A stretch of DNA of 64,000 nucleotides from an uncultured archaeon (GCA_963817525.1 CAWFOU010000001.1:1101902-1165901); one strand, 5' to 3'; positions 49,775-58,442 are shown, numbered from the stretch's first letter. Notes: generated by a model from the letters alone, not told the origin. Translations and numbers: made by a program.

Positions 49775-49989
49775 CGCCTTCTGTCCTCGTTGATCAGCCT
49801 GACCTCTTCGGCGGTCGTCGTCCTAATCTGGTTATTCCGTTGGAGCTTCTCTAGCTTTCCGATGAGCTCGTCAGACTTCCTTGTGCTCAAGTACAGTTCG
49901 AGCGCCTCTCTGACCGACTTTGAAAGCGCTCCGTGTTTGAGGAGCCTCTTCTTTTCTTCATCTGAAACCCGGACGGTAATGGTAGGCAT
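49771..49989 (-). CDS. VapB antitoxin (ribbon-helix-helix)
   Basis: MPTITVRVSDEEK...VREALE and C-terminal INEDR; 4-nt overlap with the PIN gene. Confidence 0.85.
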   Translation of the reverse strand: MPTITVRVSDEEKKRLLKHGALSKSVREALELYLSTRKSDELIGKLEKLQRNNQIRTTTAEEVRLINEDRRR

Positions 49990-50019
49990 GTCTTACTCTG
50001 TGTAAGACACTGTGTCTTA
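49989..50019. promoter_or_regulatory. Probable autoregulatory operator of the RHH antitoxin
   Basis: Overlapping palindromes TGTCTTAC-N5-GTAAGACA and TAAGACAC-T-GTGTCTTA at the gene start. Confidence 0.6.
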
Positions 50020-50025
50020 AGGTTT

Positions 50026-50070
50026 TGGCGGGCCCGGCAGGATGCGATTAAGTTATTAAGCGAATCCTGC
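50026..50070. repeat. att-like site C: tRNA 3'-end-like core plus inverted repeat (same type as A)
   Basis: TGGCGGGCCCGGCA then GGATGCGATTA-AGTTAT-TAAGCGAATCC-TGC. Confidence 0.75.
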
Positions 50071-50154
50071 TCCTCGTAACGGCGTTTCGAAAATGATAAT
50101 GACGGTTAATTTGAACGTCATCCTTAAGTAGTTATTACGTTATAACGCAGTTCG

Positions 50155-50373
50155 ATGTCGACTGTGTTCGAGGGAAAGGTAAGAAGATTGGGCAATTCAA
50201 TGGCAGTGATAATTCCAAAAGAAGTTCTTGAAGAGACCGGAGCAAGAGAGGGAGACACTGTGAAGCTTTCAGTCCCAATACCTAGGCAAAAGCGCAAAGT
50301 GGCTATCAAGAAGATGGCCGGTGTGGATGCCAAGTCGGAGCCCTTCATCAGAGAAAAGAGGGATAGATTTTAG
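50155..50373 (+). CDS. AbrB/MazE-family antitoxin
   Basis: KVRRLGNSMAVIIPKE..EGDTV; palindrome CGTTATAACG at 50138-50147. Confidence 0.88.
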   Translation: MSTVFEGKVRRLGNSMAVIIPKEVLEETGAREGDTVKLSVPIPRQKRKVAIKKMAGVDAKSEPFIREKRDRF

Positions 50374-50763
50374 GTGCTTCTAGATACGAGTGCGATTGTG
50401 GAGATATTTAGAAACCCGGCCGATTCTGCCGTTGTTAATGACATAACTGTCAAGATTGGCGAGGAAGAAGCTTACATCTCGATGATACAGCTTGCCGAGG
50501 TGGCTGATTGGGCGGCAAGAAACGAGGCGCCTCTTGAAGAGAGAGTAGAAGCGGTGAAAGAGCTAGCCCGTATAGTTCCACTGGACGAGAGGGTTTGTCT
50601 CGACGCGGCGGAGATCAAACGCGGGCGACGAAAAGCAGGCTTCAAGTCATTTGGATTGATTGACGGAATCATATTGGCGACCGCTCGTTCGATAGGACAG
50701 CAAGTCCTGACTTTCGACAAAGACTTCAAAGGAGAGGCAGACTGCATTTTGCTTTCGTATTGA
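50374..50763 (+). CDS. VapC PIN-domain toxin
   Basis: LLDTSA, LAEV, GLIDGIILATA and LTFDKDF motifs. Confidence 0.9.
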   Translation: MLLDTSAIVEIFRNPADSAVVNDITVKIGEEEAYISMIQLAEVADWAARNEAPLEERVEAVKELARIVPLDERVCLDAAEIKRGRRKAGFKSFGLIDGIILATARSIGQQVLTFDKDFKGEADCILLSY

Positions 50764-50854
50764 GCTTGATTCCGGAGTTCTTGAATCCCCGGTCGCTCCG
50801 CACTTGAGCGTGTACAACCTACTGGGAAAGGGTTCCATGCGAAGAGACTCGGTT

Positions 50855-51361
50855 CTACCCCTCCCGGGGTTTCTTCGAGCGTCCCACTTCCTCTTTCAAG
50901 GCCGCCTTCACCTGGTCGATGTACGCGGCACCAAAATATTGCCTTCCGATGCCTACGATCACGCCCGAGAGTCTGGCGAACTCCTCGGGGTTCCTGCCCT
51001 TCACGATTGTGTTCTTGTCGAGCCCGAGGAGTTTCTTCGTCATCTCGAGCGCGATCGCTCCTATCATGTCTTCGTCAAGGAGCTCGGGTCTTATGCTGGT
51101 TACAGCTGTCACGGTGGCATCTGCCCAGGCGAGTCCGAACTTTCGGGTTGGCTTGTAGTTGTCCTGATCCTGCAGTCTTTTCTTGGCCAGATAGCCCCGC
51201 TTCACGAGTAAATCTACGTAATCTCCCACCATCGCGATGGATGGCTCGAGCATTGCCTCTGCCCCGGCCCGTTCCGCCGCCTCGTTGAGCTCATGAGAGG
51301 AGGGGGCGTGACCGCCCATGCCCTCCTCAAAGACTAGGTCTAAGATAAACTCTGAGGCCAT
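50855..51361 (-). CDS. Hypothetical protein (winged-helix-like N-terminus)
   Basis: Open frame from MASEFILD; YVDLLVKRGYL followed by beta-hairpin-like residues. Confidence 0.55.
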   Translation of the reverse strand: MASEFILDLVFEEGMGGHAPSSHELNEAAERAGAEAMLEPSIAMVGDYVDLLVKRGYLAKKRLQDQDNYKPTRKFGLAWADATVTAVTSIRPELLDEDMIGAIALEMTKKLLGLDKNTIVKGRNPEEFARLSGVIVGIGRQYFGAAYIDQVKAALKEEVGRSKKPREG

Positions 51362-51436
51362 CCGAGAACCATGAGGCTTCTGATTCATTCTTCCGCTTCG
51401 AATGCTCCTCCAAGCAACCCCGAGCTCGGTCAAGCT

Positions 51437-51464
51437 TGAAAAGTTGGCGGGCCCGGCAGGGCCC
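51437..51464. repeat. att-like site D, adjacent to the integrase
   Basis: 28-bp identity with site B; minus strand CCTGCCGGGCCCGCCA resembles a tRNA T-stem, acceptor strand and CCA. Confidence 0.8.
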
Positions 51465-51519
51465 CCTCCCGAGCGGGTCCAGAGCCAGCCCGTTATTAGG
51501 CGGAAACGCCCGGAAGACC

Positions 51520-52845
51520 GTGCAGCAGCTGTTTCCGAGGAGCAGGTACAAGGAGCTACTGGAGGACGAGAGGCTCTGCTCGTGGATAGAGAACATCGCC
51601 AGGGGAAGCAAGGTGAACGGGGAGGTCACCCTTAGGCGGATGGGGCACATCTGCGCCCTGCTCCAGATAACCCCGCAGGACCTGGCGAGGATGTCGAAGG
51701 GCGAGGCAGGAGACCTCCTGCTGAGAGCTGTCTCCCGCCTGGAGAAGGACGGGAACAGGAGCTCGACGATCCTTGGCTACGTAAAGTCCCTCAAGGGCTG
51801 GTGGCTCTTCAACGACATCGAGGTGACCCGGCAGGTCAGGCTCTCGAGGGAGACCGGATTGTATGACAACGAGCGGATCCCCTCACACCAAGAATTGCAC
51901 TCCATCTTCGAGCACGGCGACCTCCAGAAGAAGGCCGCCTGCGCGCTCATGGCGCTCTCCGGCGTGAGGCCCGGAGTGCTGGGCAACAGGGACGCGGACG
52001 ACGGGCTGAGGGTCTCGGACCTGCCTGAGATGAAGGTCGTGGGCGGGGGGGACGGGCAGGAGCCAAAGGTCGAGTTCCTCAAGGTGCCCACCATCGTCGT
52101 GGTCAGGAGGACGATATCCAAGGCGGGGAGGCAGTACCTCTCGTTCCTGCCAGAGCAGGGCTGTGGCTACGTTAGGCAGTACCTCGAGTGGCGGATGCGC
52201 ACCCTGAAGGAGGAGATAACCGGAGATTCCCCGATCATTACGGCGAACCCCACCAACCCGCGCCACGTGGGCAGGTTCGTGAGGGTCAACAACATAGGGG
52301 ACACCGTCAGGTACGCAATCAGGGCGGCTGGCTTCGGGTGGAGGCCGTACGTGCTGAGGAGGTACTTCGACACGAGGATGATGGGCGCGGAGCAGGAGGG
52401 GAAGGTGATCAAGGACTATCGCGTCTTCTGGATGGGCCACATCGGGGACATCGAACACGTCTACACCCTGAACAAGGGCCAGCTCCCGCAGGACCTTCTG
52501 GAAGGGATGAGGGACGCGTACGCGCGGGCCGCCGAGAAGCACCTCGCAACGGTGGTCCAGCCGAGCATCAGCAAGGACGAAGTTGTGAACACGGCGCGGG
52601 TCGAGGCGCTGAAGATGTTCGGGTACACCGAGGCAGAGATCCAAGCGTTGGGCGACGTCACGAACCTCACCCTGGAGAAGCTGCAGGAGCTCATCCACGA
52701 AAAGTCCAAGCAGATGCTGGGGCTCAAGCAGGGGACCCAGAAGGTCGTTCCCATCGGCGAGCTGGAGCAGTGGATTGAGCAGGGGTGGGACTACAAGCGG
52801 GACCTGCCCAACGACAGGGTCGTGATAGGGCTGAGGACGGCCTAG
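51520..52845 (+). CDS. Tyrosine recombinase/integrase
   Basis: SGVRP (R), SKAG (K), YVLRRYF, MGH and HVY (Y); TTATTAGG box 27 nt before GTG 51520; frame is open back to 51436. Confidence 0.9.
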   Translation: MQQLFPRSRYKELLEDERLCSWIENIARGSKVNGEVTLRRMGHICALLQITPQDLARMSKGEAGDLLLRAVSRLEKDGNRSSTILGYVKSLKGWWLFNDIEVTRQVRLSRETGLYDNERIPSHQELHSIFEHGDLQKKAACALMALSGVRPGVLGNRDADDGLRVSDLPEMKVVGGGDGQEPKVEFLKVPTIVVVRRTISKAGRQYLSFLPEQGCGYVRQYLEWRMRTLKEEITGDSPIITANPTNPRHVGRFVRVNNIGDTVRYAIRAAGFGWRPYVLRRYFDTRMMGAEQEGKVIKDYRVFWMGHIGDIEHVYTLNKGQLPQDLLEGMRDAYARAAEKHLATVVQPSISKDEVVNTARVEALKMFGYTEAEIQALGDVTNLTLEKLQELIHEKSKQMLGLKQGTQKVVPIGELEQWIEQGWDYKRDLPNDRVVIGLRTA

Positions 52846-52846
52846 G

Positions 52847-53074
52847 TCAGGTATTCAGGACGAGAGGCCCCTTCGATTCGTACTTCTCGAGCTCCCTCTC
52901 CAGCCTCTGAAGGTAGTGGGGAATCAGCACTTCGGCCTCGGCGATGGGCATCGAGTCCGGTTCCTCAAGGAGGTCCATCAGAACTGGGCTGTCGGGAGGC
53001 ATTTTCTTCTTGAGCCTCTCCTTGAGAGGACGCACATCAACTGTAAGACTTCGAATCTTGGGCTCCAGTGCCAT
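52847..53074 (-). CDS. Small hypothetical protein convergent with the integrase
   Basis: Open frame MALEPK..VDVRPLKE..PDSP...LLEEPD. Confidence 0.6.
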   Translation of the reverse strand: MALEPKIRSLTVDVRPLKERLKKKMPPDSPVLMDLLEEPDSMPIAEAEVLIPHYLQRLERELEKYESKGPLVLNT

Positions 53075-53226
53075 GACGGTAATGCTGCTGAGCGCTTTTA
53101 ACAGGGCCGAGCCGATTAATCCTATTTGAAGGACGGTGAGTCCCGACGCAAGACACCGATTCGTCGCAGTCGCACCCAAGCCGGCCGGTCGTCGAAGCCA
53201 GGATCGCGTATAATGGCGGGGAGAAA

Positions 53227-54714
53227 TTACGGGCTTGAGACTTTTGAGTTATTCAGACTGACTTTGATTCCTCCAACTTGGGCCTCGGACGGAATTGTCT
53301 TTGCTCCGACTGCCTTCTCAAAATTGGTCAGCGCCTTTGGGTCGCCCTCTAGGATTTCCCTTTTCATTCTCGCATAGGCTGACTGGAACTCTTGGAAATA
53401 GTCAACGACATGAAATTCGATATTGTCACCAGCAATGACGATGCCCTTGTGTTTCTCCGTGGTTCCCCATAGGAAGACAGTCGATTCCTGTTTGATGAAA
53501 TATTGATGCGTCAGTCCGCCCCTGACCAACCCATAGATTCTCCCTGCATCCTTGTACCCCATGTGTTCGAGGAAAGTCTTGTGATTGTTGAATTTCCCAT
53601 CGCCTTTATCCTCGAATGCGCCGTTTAGTAGACCTCCGAGGATTTCGGAATAAACGGATAAGGCTAACGCTGCAGCGAAGTTTGCTTTTCCTTCTATGCA
53701 GGCCTTAATGTCGTTGAACATGAATTGTTCAACATATTTTTCGAGCCACTTCCTAGCCGCCTCTCTTCTCTGGCTGAGGTCTTCCATTCCCTTTTCCTCT
53801 GGGCGCGACAGGTTTTGTGCTTTTCCGAGAAGGCCGCTATCGCTTATCCGAAGGTAATCTGCAATCGTAACAGTCATAATTCCATCTGCTGCAACGACGA
53901 TTAGGAGAATGTTAGACCACCCAACCGAGGCCGAGTTCGGGAAGAACCAGCCGAGGGTACAGAATAGTCCAAATGATGTCAGAAACATCACGAGGACTCT
54001 CTTATGTCGCGGGACGAAGTCAAGACCGGCCAGACCGAAATCTAGCAGACTGGGCAGAACGTATTTCCAACTCCTCTCGAATGCGTAGTCCAAGGCGTTT
54101 TGCGCCTTGTCGCCACGTTCATTGACTAGCATCGGCGTTTGAAGCACTTCGCACGTCCTCTCAGCTCCGATTATGACCAGTGACAGCGCAAGCAGAGGCC
54201 AGACAAAAGCGAGGTAGGAGATTATCAATGGAAAAGTGTGAGCTACCAGCCATGCCTGTAGCAACAAAGAGGCAACGGTCACTATCACGGAGAAGAGAAG
54301 CGGAAAAATCCCCGAACCGACTAGGATCCTCATTGTGTTGCGATTCATATCCAGCGGATATGCGCGAACCAACTTGGCTGCGATATACCAGGCCGTCATC
54401 AAACCTACAATCGAAACGGGATATTCGGGGAAAGCTTGGTTGGTGTACTGCACAATCAGCAAGCCGAACATCGTGAAGTTTCCGACGACCAAGATTATCC
54501 AACCGCGGACTTTGTCCAGTGGAGAATTTCTGATGACTGCGCCCCTGACATATCCGACATAGAACGGCAGCGCGACTCCGGCTAAGAGGACTGGCAAGGC
54601 GACGATCAGAGAATCTAGATCGTTCCTACTGGTTTGGACGATAGTGAAAGCGAGGGTTGCGAGTGTAAGTATGAATAGAAACGCGTCGTCTAGTTTCTCA
54701 TGAATCAGCGGCAC
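53227..54714 (-). CDS. Multi-TM protein fused to a HEPN-like domain
   Basis: About 8 hydrophobic helices, then a helical domain with RGGLTH (Rx4H); possible internal start at ATG 53787. Confidence 0.65.
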   Translation of the reverse strand: MPLIHEKLDDAFLFILTLATLAFTIVQTSRNDLDSLIVALPVLLAGVALPFYVGYVRGAVIRNSPLDKVRGWIILVVGNFTMFGLLIVQYTNQAFPEYPVSIVGLMTAWYIAAKLVRAYPLDMNRNTMRILVGSGIFPLLFSVIVTVASLLLQAWLVAHTFPLIISYLAFVWPLLALSLVIIGAERTCEVLQTPMLVNERGDKAQNALDYAFERSWKYVLPSLLDFGLAGLDFVPRHKRVLVMFLTSFGLFCTLGWFFPNSASVGWSNILLIVVAADGIMTVTIADYLRISDSGLLGKAQNLSRPEEKGMEDLSQRREAARKWLEKYVEQFMFNDIKACIEGKANFAAALALSVYSEILGGLLNGAFEDKGDGKFNNHKTFLEHMGYKDAGRIYGLVRGGLTHQYFIKQESTVFLWGTTEKHKGIVIAGDNIEFHVVDYFQEFQSAYARMKREILEGDPKALTNFEKAVGAKTIPSEAQVGGIKVSLNNSKVSSP

Positions 54715-54723
54715 GAAGGGCTC

Positions 54724-55404
54724 CTACTCCTTTGCTCGCTCGCTGATGACTTTCACTGGTTTGCCACCAATCCATTCCTCTACCTTTATTGCGAGTTCTG
54801 AGATATCTTTGACCGAATAGTCAACGGCCAATTCTACGACCGCGTCCTCTCGTTTCTTCCTTTTCAATTCTTCAAACGGATAAGCGTCAATCCGTTCGAA
54901 AGTTCTGACCCCCCTTCTCCCCGTTCCGTAGATTGCGGCGCCCGAATTTATGTGCGAGAGCGAGATGTCACTTTGGTGCTTCTTCAGCAAGGCTTCGGTG
55001 TCGACCGTCAAGACTGTGTGGGCTCTGCCCTTGTATGCCCTTGCGTTCAGAAGCCTTTCGAGTCTTTCTCTCCGCACCCAAAAGAAAGTTTTACGATTGA
55101 GCAACTCGTAGTATTCTCCGGCTGACATTCCGTCGACGAGCTTCTGCAAAGTAGCTTCAGGCAATGGCTTTTGATCCCGAATGACGACTGACCCGTAATC
55201 AGGATGAGTAATGGTTACGCTCTTTGGTCTCCATTGTGATTCTATCTTGTATCGATCCCTCCCATTAATCTGAAACAGGTCAAGTAGCGCGGTGGTGCTT
55301 AACAGGCCATTTTCGCGGATGCTCGGCCAACTCCCCGCTTCGGCCATGTGGTAGACTCGTGGGTAGAATCTTACTAAATCATCCATCCTCATGCTGGTCA
55401 CCAC
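54724..55404 (-). CDS. DarT-like ADP-ribosyltransferase-fold protein
   Basis: VYHMAEAGSWPSIRENGLLS N-terminal motif, TFFW strand and late VELAV glutamate. Confidence 0.65.
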   Translation of the reverse strand: MVTSMRMDDLVRFYPRVYHMAEAGSWPSIRENGLLSTTALLDLFQINGRDRYKIESQWRPKSVTITHPDYGSVVIRDQKPLPEATLQKLVDGMSAGEYYELLNRKTFFWVRRERLERLLNARAYKGRAHTVLTVDTEALLKKHQSDISLSHINSGAAIYGTGRRGVRTFERIDAYPFEELKRKKREDAVVELAVDYSVKDISELAIKVEEWIGGKPVKVISERAKE

Positions 55405-56996
55405 TTACGCCGGTCGATTACACTGCGAAGGCTGAAGCCAGTGGAAATGAGAGACACCGGCGCGCCCGAGACACGCTCCACTTCTTCAATGAAATTGATC
55501 GTCTCCTTCGTGAGCTGGTCAAATCGCATCGCCTTTCGGTTGCTCTTTGACAGGTAGTCAGTAAAGGTAAGCGCTATGTCCGTAGGACCGTTTAGAAAAG
55601 TCGCCTTTCGCAGGAGAACCCAGTCGAACTCTCCGATGCGTCTCTTTCGGTCTGTGGTTGACGTTCGCTCGACTCTCTTCAATTCCTTCAATCCGATATG
55701 CGACCGCCTGCTGATTTCTTCTAATGAGATTTCAGCCCACATCGGTCCAGAAGTACCTTGCTGAGGGCTCTCGACCCTGATCGGATAAGTCCGACTTACA
55801 CTGATGACCTTTCTGACCCTTGACGGCGGGATTCCTGCCTCAGCGAGGCAGCCCGCGACAGTAGTGTCGCGAGAAGTAACGTATGGATAGTAGCCATGGT
55901 AGAGGCTGAGGCCCGTGCCTTGCGTGCCTTCAAGCAATACTCTTTGGTTCTTGGCATAGGCGTCGGTGAGGACGCTCTCAGCAGTCCTGATGAATGGCTT
56001 CAATTCCTTTATGTCTCTCGCCAGTTTCACGCCTCTCTTACCGCGGTCCGTAATCTTGCGTGCCGTCGCTTCTCCGACCCCTTGAGCCGTCGACGCGATC
56101 CGTTCCTTCACCCCTTCCTCTCGTCTGACGTCGTCTTCAGAAATTATCATGACCTGCGGGTCTATGCTCAACCGGTGCGCGTCGACTCGACATTCTCCGA
56201 TTTCTTTGAGTAGCTTTTCGACGTTTACAACCATGCCTGGAGCCAGAAGCAGACGAGCACGACTCCGCCGTGTACCCGAAGGCAGCTGATGGTGCGTGAA
56301 CGGGCCATCCTTCTCAGGCACCTTATGTCCGGCGTTTGGACCTCCAACTCTGACCAGCAAGTCGTACTCCCTCGATAGGTAAGCTACAACCTGGCCCTTC
56401 CCTTCGCTCCCAAATTCTCCTCCAACGATGACGTCAACAAAACCGCCTCCTCGTTCTCCGTAGAGTGATAGCTTGCCAGCGGCCCGGACTAGGACATCCT
56501 CAGGCCTGCAACGATTTGTATCTATTACGATATCAGCTATGTGCCTTAGCTCGTCGACATTGCGTTCGGTGAGGTTTTCTCTCACCTTCGAATAGGGTTG
56601 GGGAGTCCTCCCTTTCGTATGAGGTCGCCTGAGATACCTTCCTTCGAGGACACCTAGAGGGGCTGTGAGGTGCACATGAGTGACAGGCGAAAAAGCATCA
56701 CGTATCGCAGTAACCTGTTCCCTGATTCTAACTGCATCAACTACGAATATTGCATCTTGTTGTGACTCCCGAAAAGCTCGATCGAGTGCCTCGAGAACCC
56801 ATCGGCCTTTTGTCTCCCGGTCTAGCCGGTCGCCTTCTTCCTGCAATGGAAGGCGATTCCCGGTCGAGTCCTTGAGCTGCTGTTGCAGTATCTCTCTCGT
56901 CTTGATGATACGTGCGCCAAAATTCTTCCTTAGATTGTCCGCGAGCTCGGATTTTCCCGAAGAAACGGGACCAGAAAGTAGAATGAATCTGGGCGT
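55398..56996 (-). CDS. NMP-kinase-like P-loop domain fused to a PurA/PurZ-family synthetase (probable ACG start)
   Basis: LLSGPVSSGKS P-loop upstream of the ORF-track start; VGGEFGSEGKG, GGPNAGH, EGTQG..LS..HG.YPYVTSRD, RTYPIRV and TFTDY motifs. Confidence 0.85.
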   Translation of the reverse strand, partial: TPRFILLSGPVSSGKSELADNLRKNFGARIIKTREILQQQLKDSTGNRLPLQEEGDRLDRETKGRWVLEALDRAFRESQQDAIFVVDAVRIREQVTAIRDAFSPVTHVHLTAPLGVLEGRYLRRPHTKGRTPQPYSKVRENLTERNVDELRHIADIVIDTNRCRPEDVLVRAAGKLSLYGERGGGFVDVIVGGEFGSEGKGQVVAYLSREYDLLVRVGGPNAGHKVPEKDGPFTHHQLPSGTRRSRARLLLAPGMVVNVEKLLKEIGECRVDAHRLSIDPQVMIISEDDVRREEGVKERIASTAQGVGEATARKITDRGKRGVKLARDIKELKPFIRTAESVLTDAYAKNQRVLLEGTQGTGLSLYHGYYPYVTSRDTTVAGCLAEAGIPPSRVRKVISVSRTYPIRVESPQQGTSGPMWAEISLEEISRRSHIGLKELKRVERTSTTDRKRRIGEFDWVLLRKATFLNGPTDIALTFTDYLSKSNRKAMRFDQLTKETINFIEEVERVSGAPVSLISTGFSLRSVIDRRKW

Positions 56997-56999
56997 CCT

Positions 57000-58442
57000 C
57001 TATTCTCCCCGATTCCCAGATTGAGCAAAGCTTTCTAGCACCGAAGCATTCTGCTTTCTTCGCTCATCGTGGAGGGGGAGGTCGTAGACCGTGACCTCGA
57101 CTCCTTGGCTCACGAGCGTATCGTAGACGATTTCGCTAATCACGTCCCAGTTCCCTCCCGCTTGGCCGGCTCCGATGCGCGGCATGTGTACGGTAGCCCG
57201 ATTTGGCGAGGCAACTTGGAAGAGTTTTTCCAAGCAACCCCTTAGAGCGTTGTAACGAATTCGGGGCTTGGTGGAGGGGCCATAGCCGTGTTGAGCCACC
57301 ATGCTGTACACGCTGAGTGACTCAGAAGCTTTAGTGATGTGGGATTCTCCGAGCGAGAGGTTTGCTCCCTCATTAGCAACCCACGCTTGGAAATCTCGCT
57401 GGACTTCAGGCCACTTTCGTGCGACCGCGATGGCAAATCCAGCACCCCAGTTCGCCGTCTTATCATTCACGACGTGTGCGATGATTCTTGGACCTGTGAC
57501 TCGAGGTTCGGTTGCATCGCCGACAAGGTACATGATACGGTGCGTCTCGGGAACCTGCTTGGCCGCCGAACGGACCATTCCAACTACGCGAGGGTAGGTA
57601 TTGCCAGGATACGGAGCCACGCCTACGCACTCGACTTCGAGTTCCGGGAGGCCTGAAGTCCACTCCTCCTTTCTCTTTGCGGTATAGCCTATGGCAGTAC
57701 ACTCCGAAAGCACTGATTTCGCAGGCACTATGGTTCTTGCAGGTATGATTACAGAAGATGCTGATGAGCTCTCGGAATAGTCAATGCGATAGGGCGCGCC
57801 CTCTTCGTCACGTTCGCGGGCTGCTGCGAAAATTGTGATCGGTTGAGCAGTCAGTTTTGCGAGTCTCAACAAGATTGCTTCAACGGAGACGTCGAAGTTC
57901 TTTCTCTGGTTGAGAATCTCATCGATTGTGATGGGAGAAGCCAGAATTTGAGAGGCCGAGCTTACTGGCATCAGAATCTCAGCGGCTGAAAGGTTGCAAA
58001 GAAGTTCCAGTTGCCATTCGTCTCGTCGACGATGTGTGACAGTCGTTCGGTTCCTCGCCATTTCCGCACAATCAGGAAACAAAGTATGGGCGATTTCGTG
58101 TGCTATTGAGAACCTTGTACGACCGCGCGGCTGGGTTGGATTATACTCGATGCCGAGCTCTTTTGCCGAATCAGCAACAACGCGGGCATCCAAGACATCA
58201 TCCCTTGCCGTGACTCGAAGTTTCAAGTATTCCGCAAGCCAGAATGGATCGAATGGAGGCCCTTGCCAGCCATCGTCCATGGCCTTGAGCACAAGCTCGC
58301 GTGTTTTTGAAATGATGTGAGCCATCGGTTCAGAGCCTCCTGCTAGAAACAAGACCGAAGGATTAGTCCAGTTGATCTTGTTCGTACCGCGCAAGCCAAT
58401 TGAAGAATTGGCTTGATTTTGGGTAGACGTGATTCTCTTCAT
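57000..58442 (-). CDS. ImmA/IrrE-family HExxH metallopeptidase fused to a Macro domain
   Basis: RFSIAHEIAH...ELLCNLSAAEILMP; GDAT, IAHVVND, WGAGFA and MPRIGAGQAGG Macro motifs. Confidence 0.85.
   Translation of the reverse strand: MKRITSTQNQANSSIGLRGTNKINWTNPSVLFLAGGSEPMAHIISKTRELVLKAMDDGWQGPPFDPFWLAEYLKLRVTARDDVLDARVVADSAKELGIEYNPTQPRGRTRFSIAHEIAHTLFPDCAEMARNRTTVTHRRRDEWQLELLCNLSAAEILMPVSSASQILASPITIDEILNQRKNFDVSVEAILLRLAKLTAQPITIFAAARERDEEGAPYRIDYSESSSASSVIIPARTIVPAKSVLSECTAIGYTAKRKEEWTSGLPELEVECVGVAPYPGNTYPRVVGMVRSAAKQVPETHRIMYLVGDATEPRVTGPRIIAHVVNDKTANWGAGFAIAVARKWPEVQRDFQAWVANEGANLSLGESHITKASESLSVYSMVAQHGYGPSTKPRIRYNALRGCLEKLFQVASPNRATVHMPRIGAGQAGGNWDVISEIVYDTLVSQGVEVTVYDLPLHDERRKQNASVLESFAQSGNRGE

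Noticed and set aside
50024-50140. Possible complete tRNA gene with a T-loop intron on the minus strand
   Set aside because: Only the T-stem, acceptor 3' strand and CCA are present; no matching 5' GGGCCCG, D-arm or anticodon arm is found
48592-51464. CRISPR array or classical integron attC array
   Set aside because: Spacing is 0.7-1.4 kb with genes between repeats, no cas genes are present, and I see no attC RYYYAAC/GTTRRRY ends or IntI-specific features
51436-51519. SSV-type integrase split by its att site
   Set aside because: The frame is open through site D, but a TATA-like box and GTG 51520 give a plausible complete gene; a split cannot be supported without the other island end
55398-56846. 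Housekeeping purA
   Set aside because: Ser replaces the catalytic Asp, there is a kinase fusion, and the gene lies in island context, so no gene symbol was assigned
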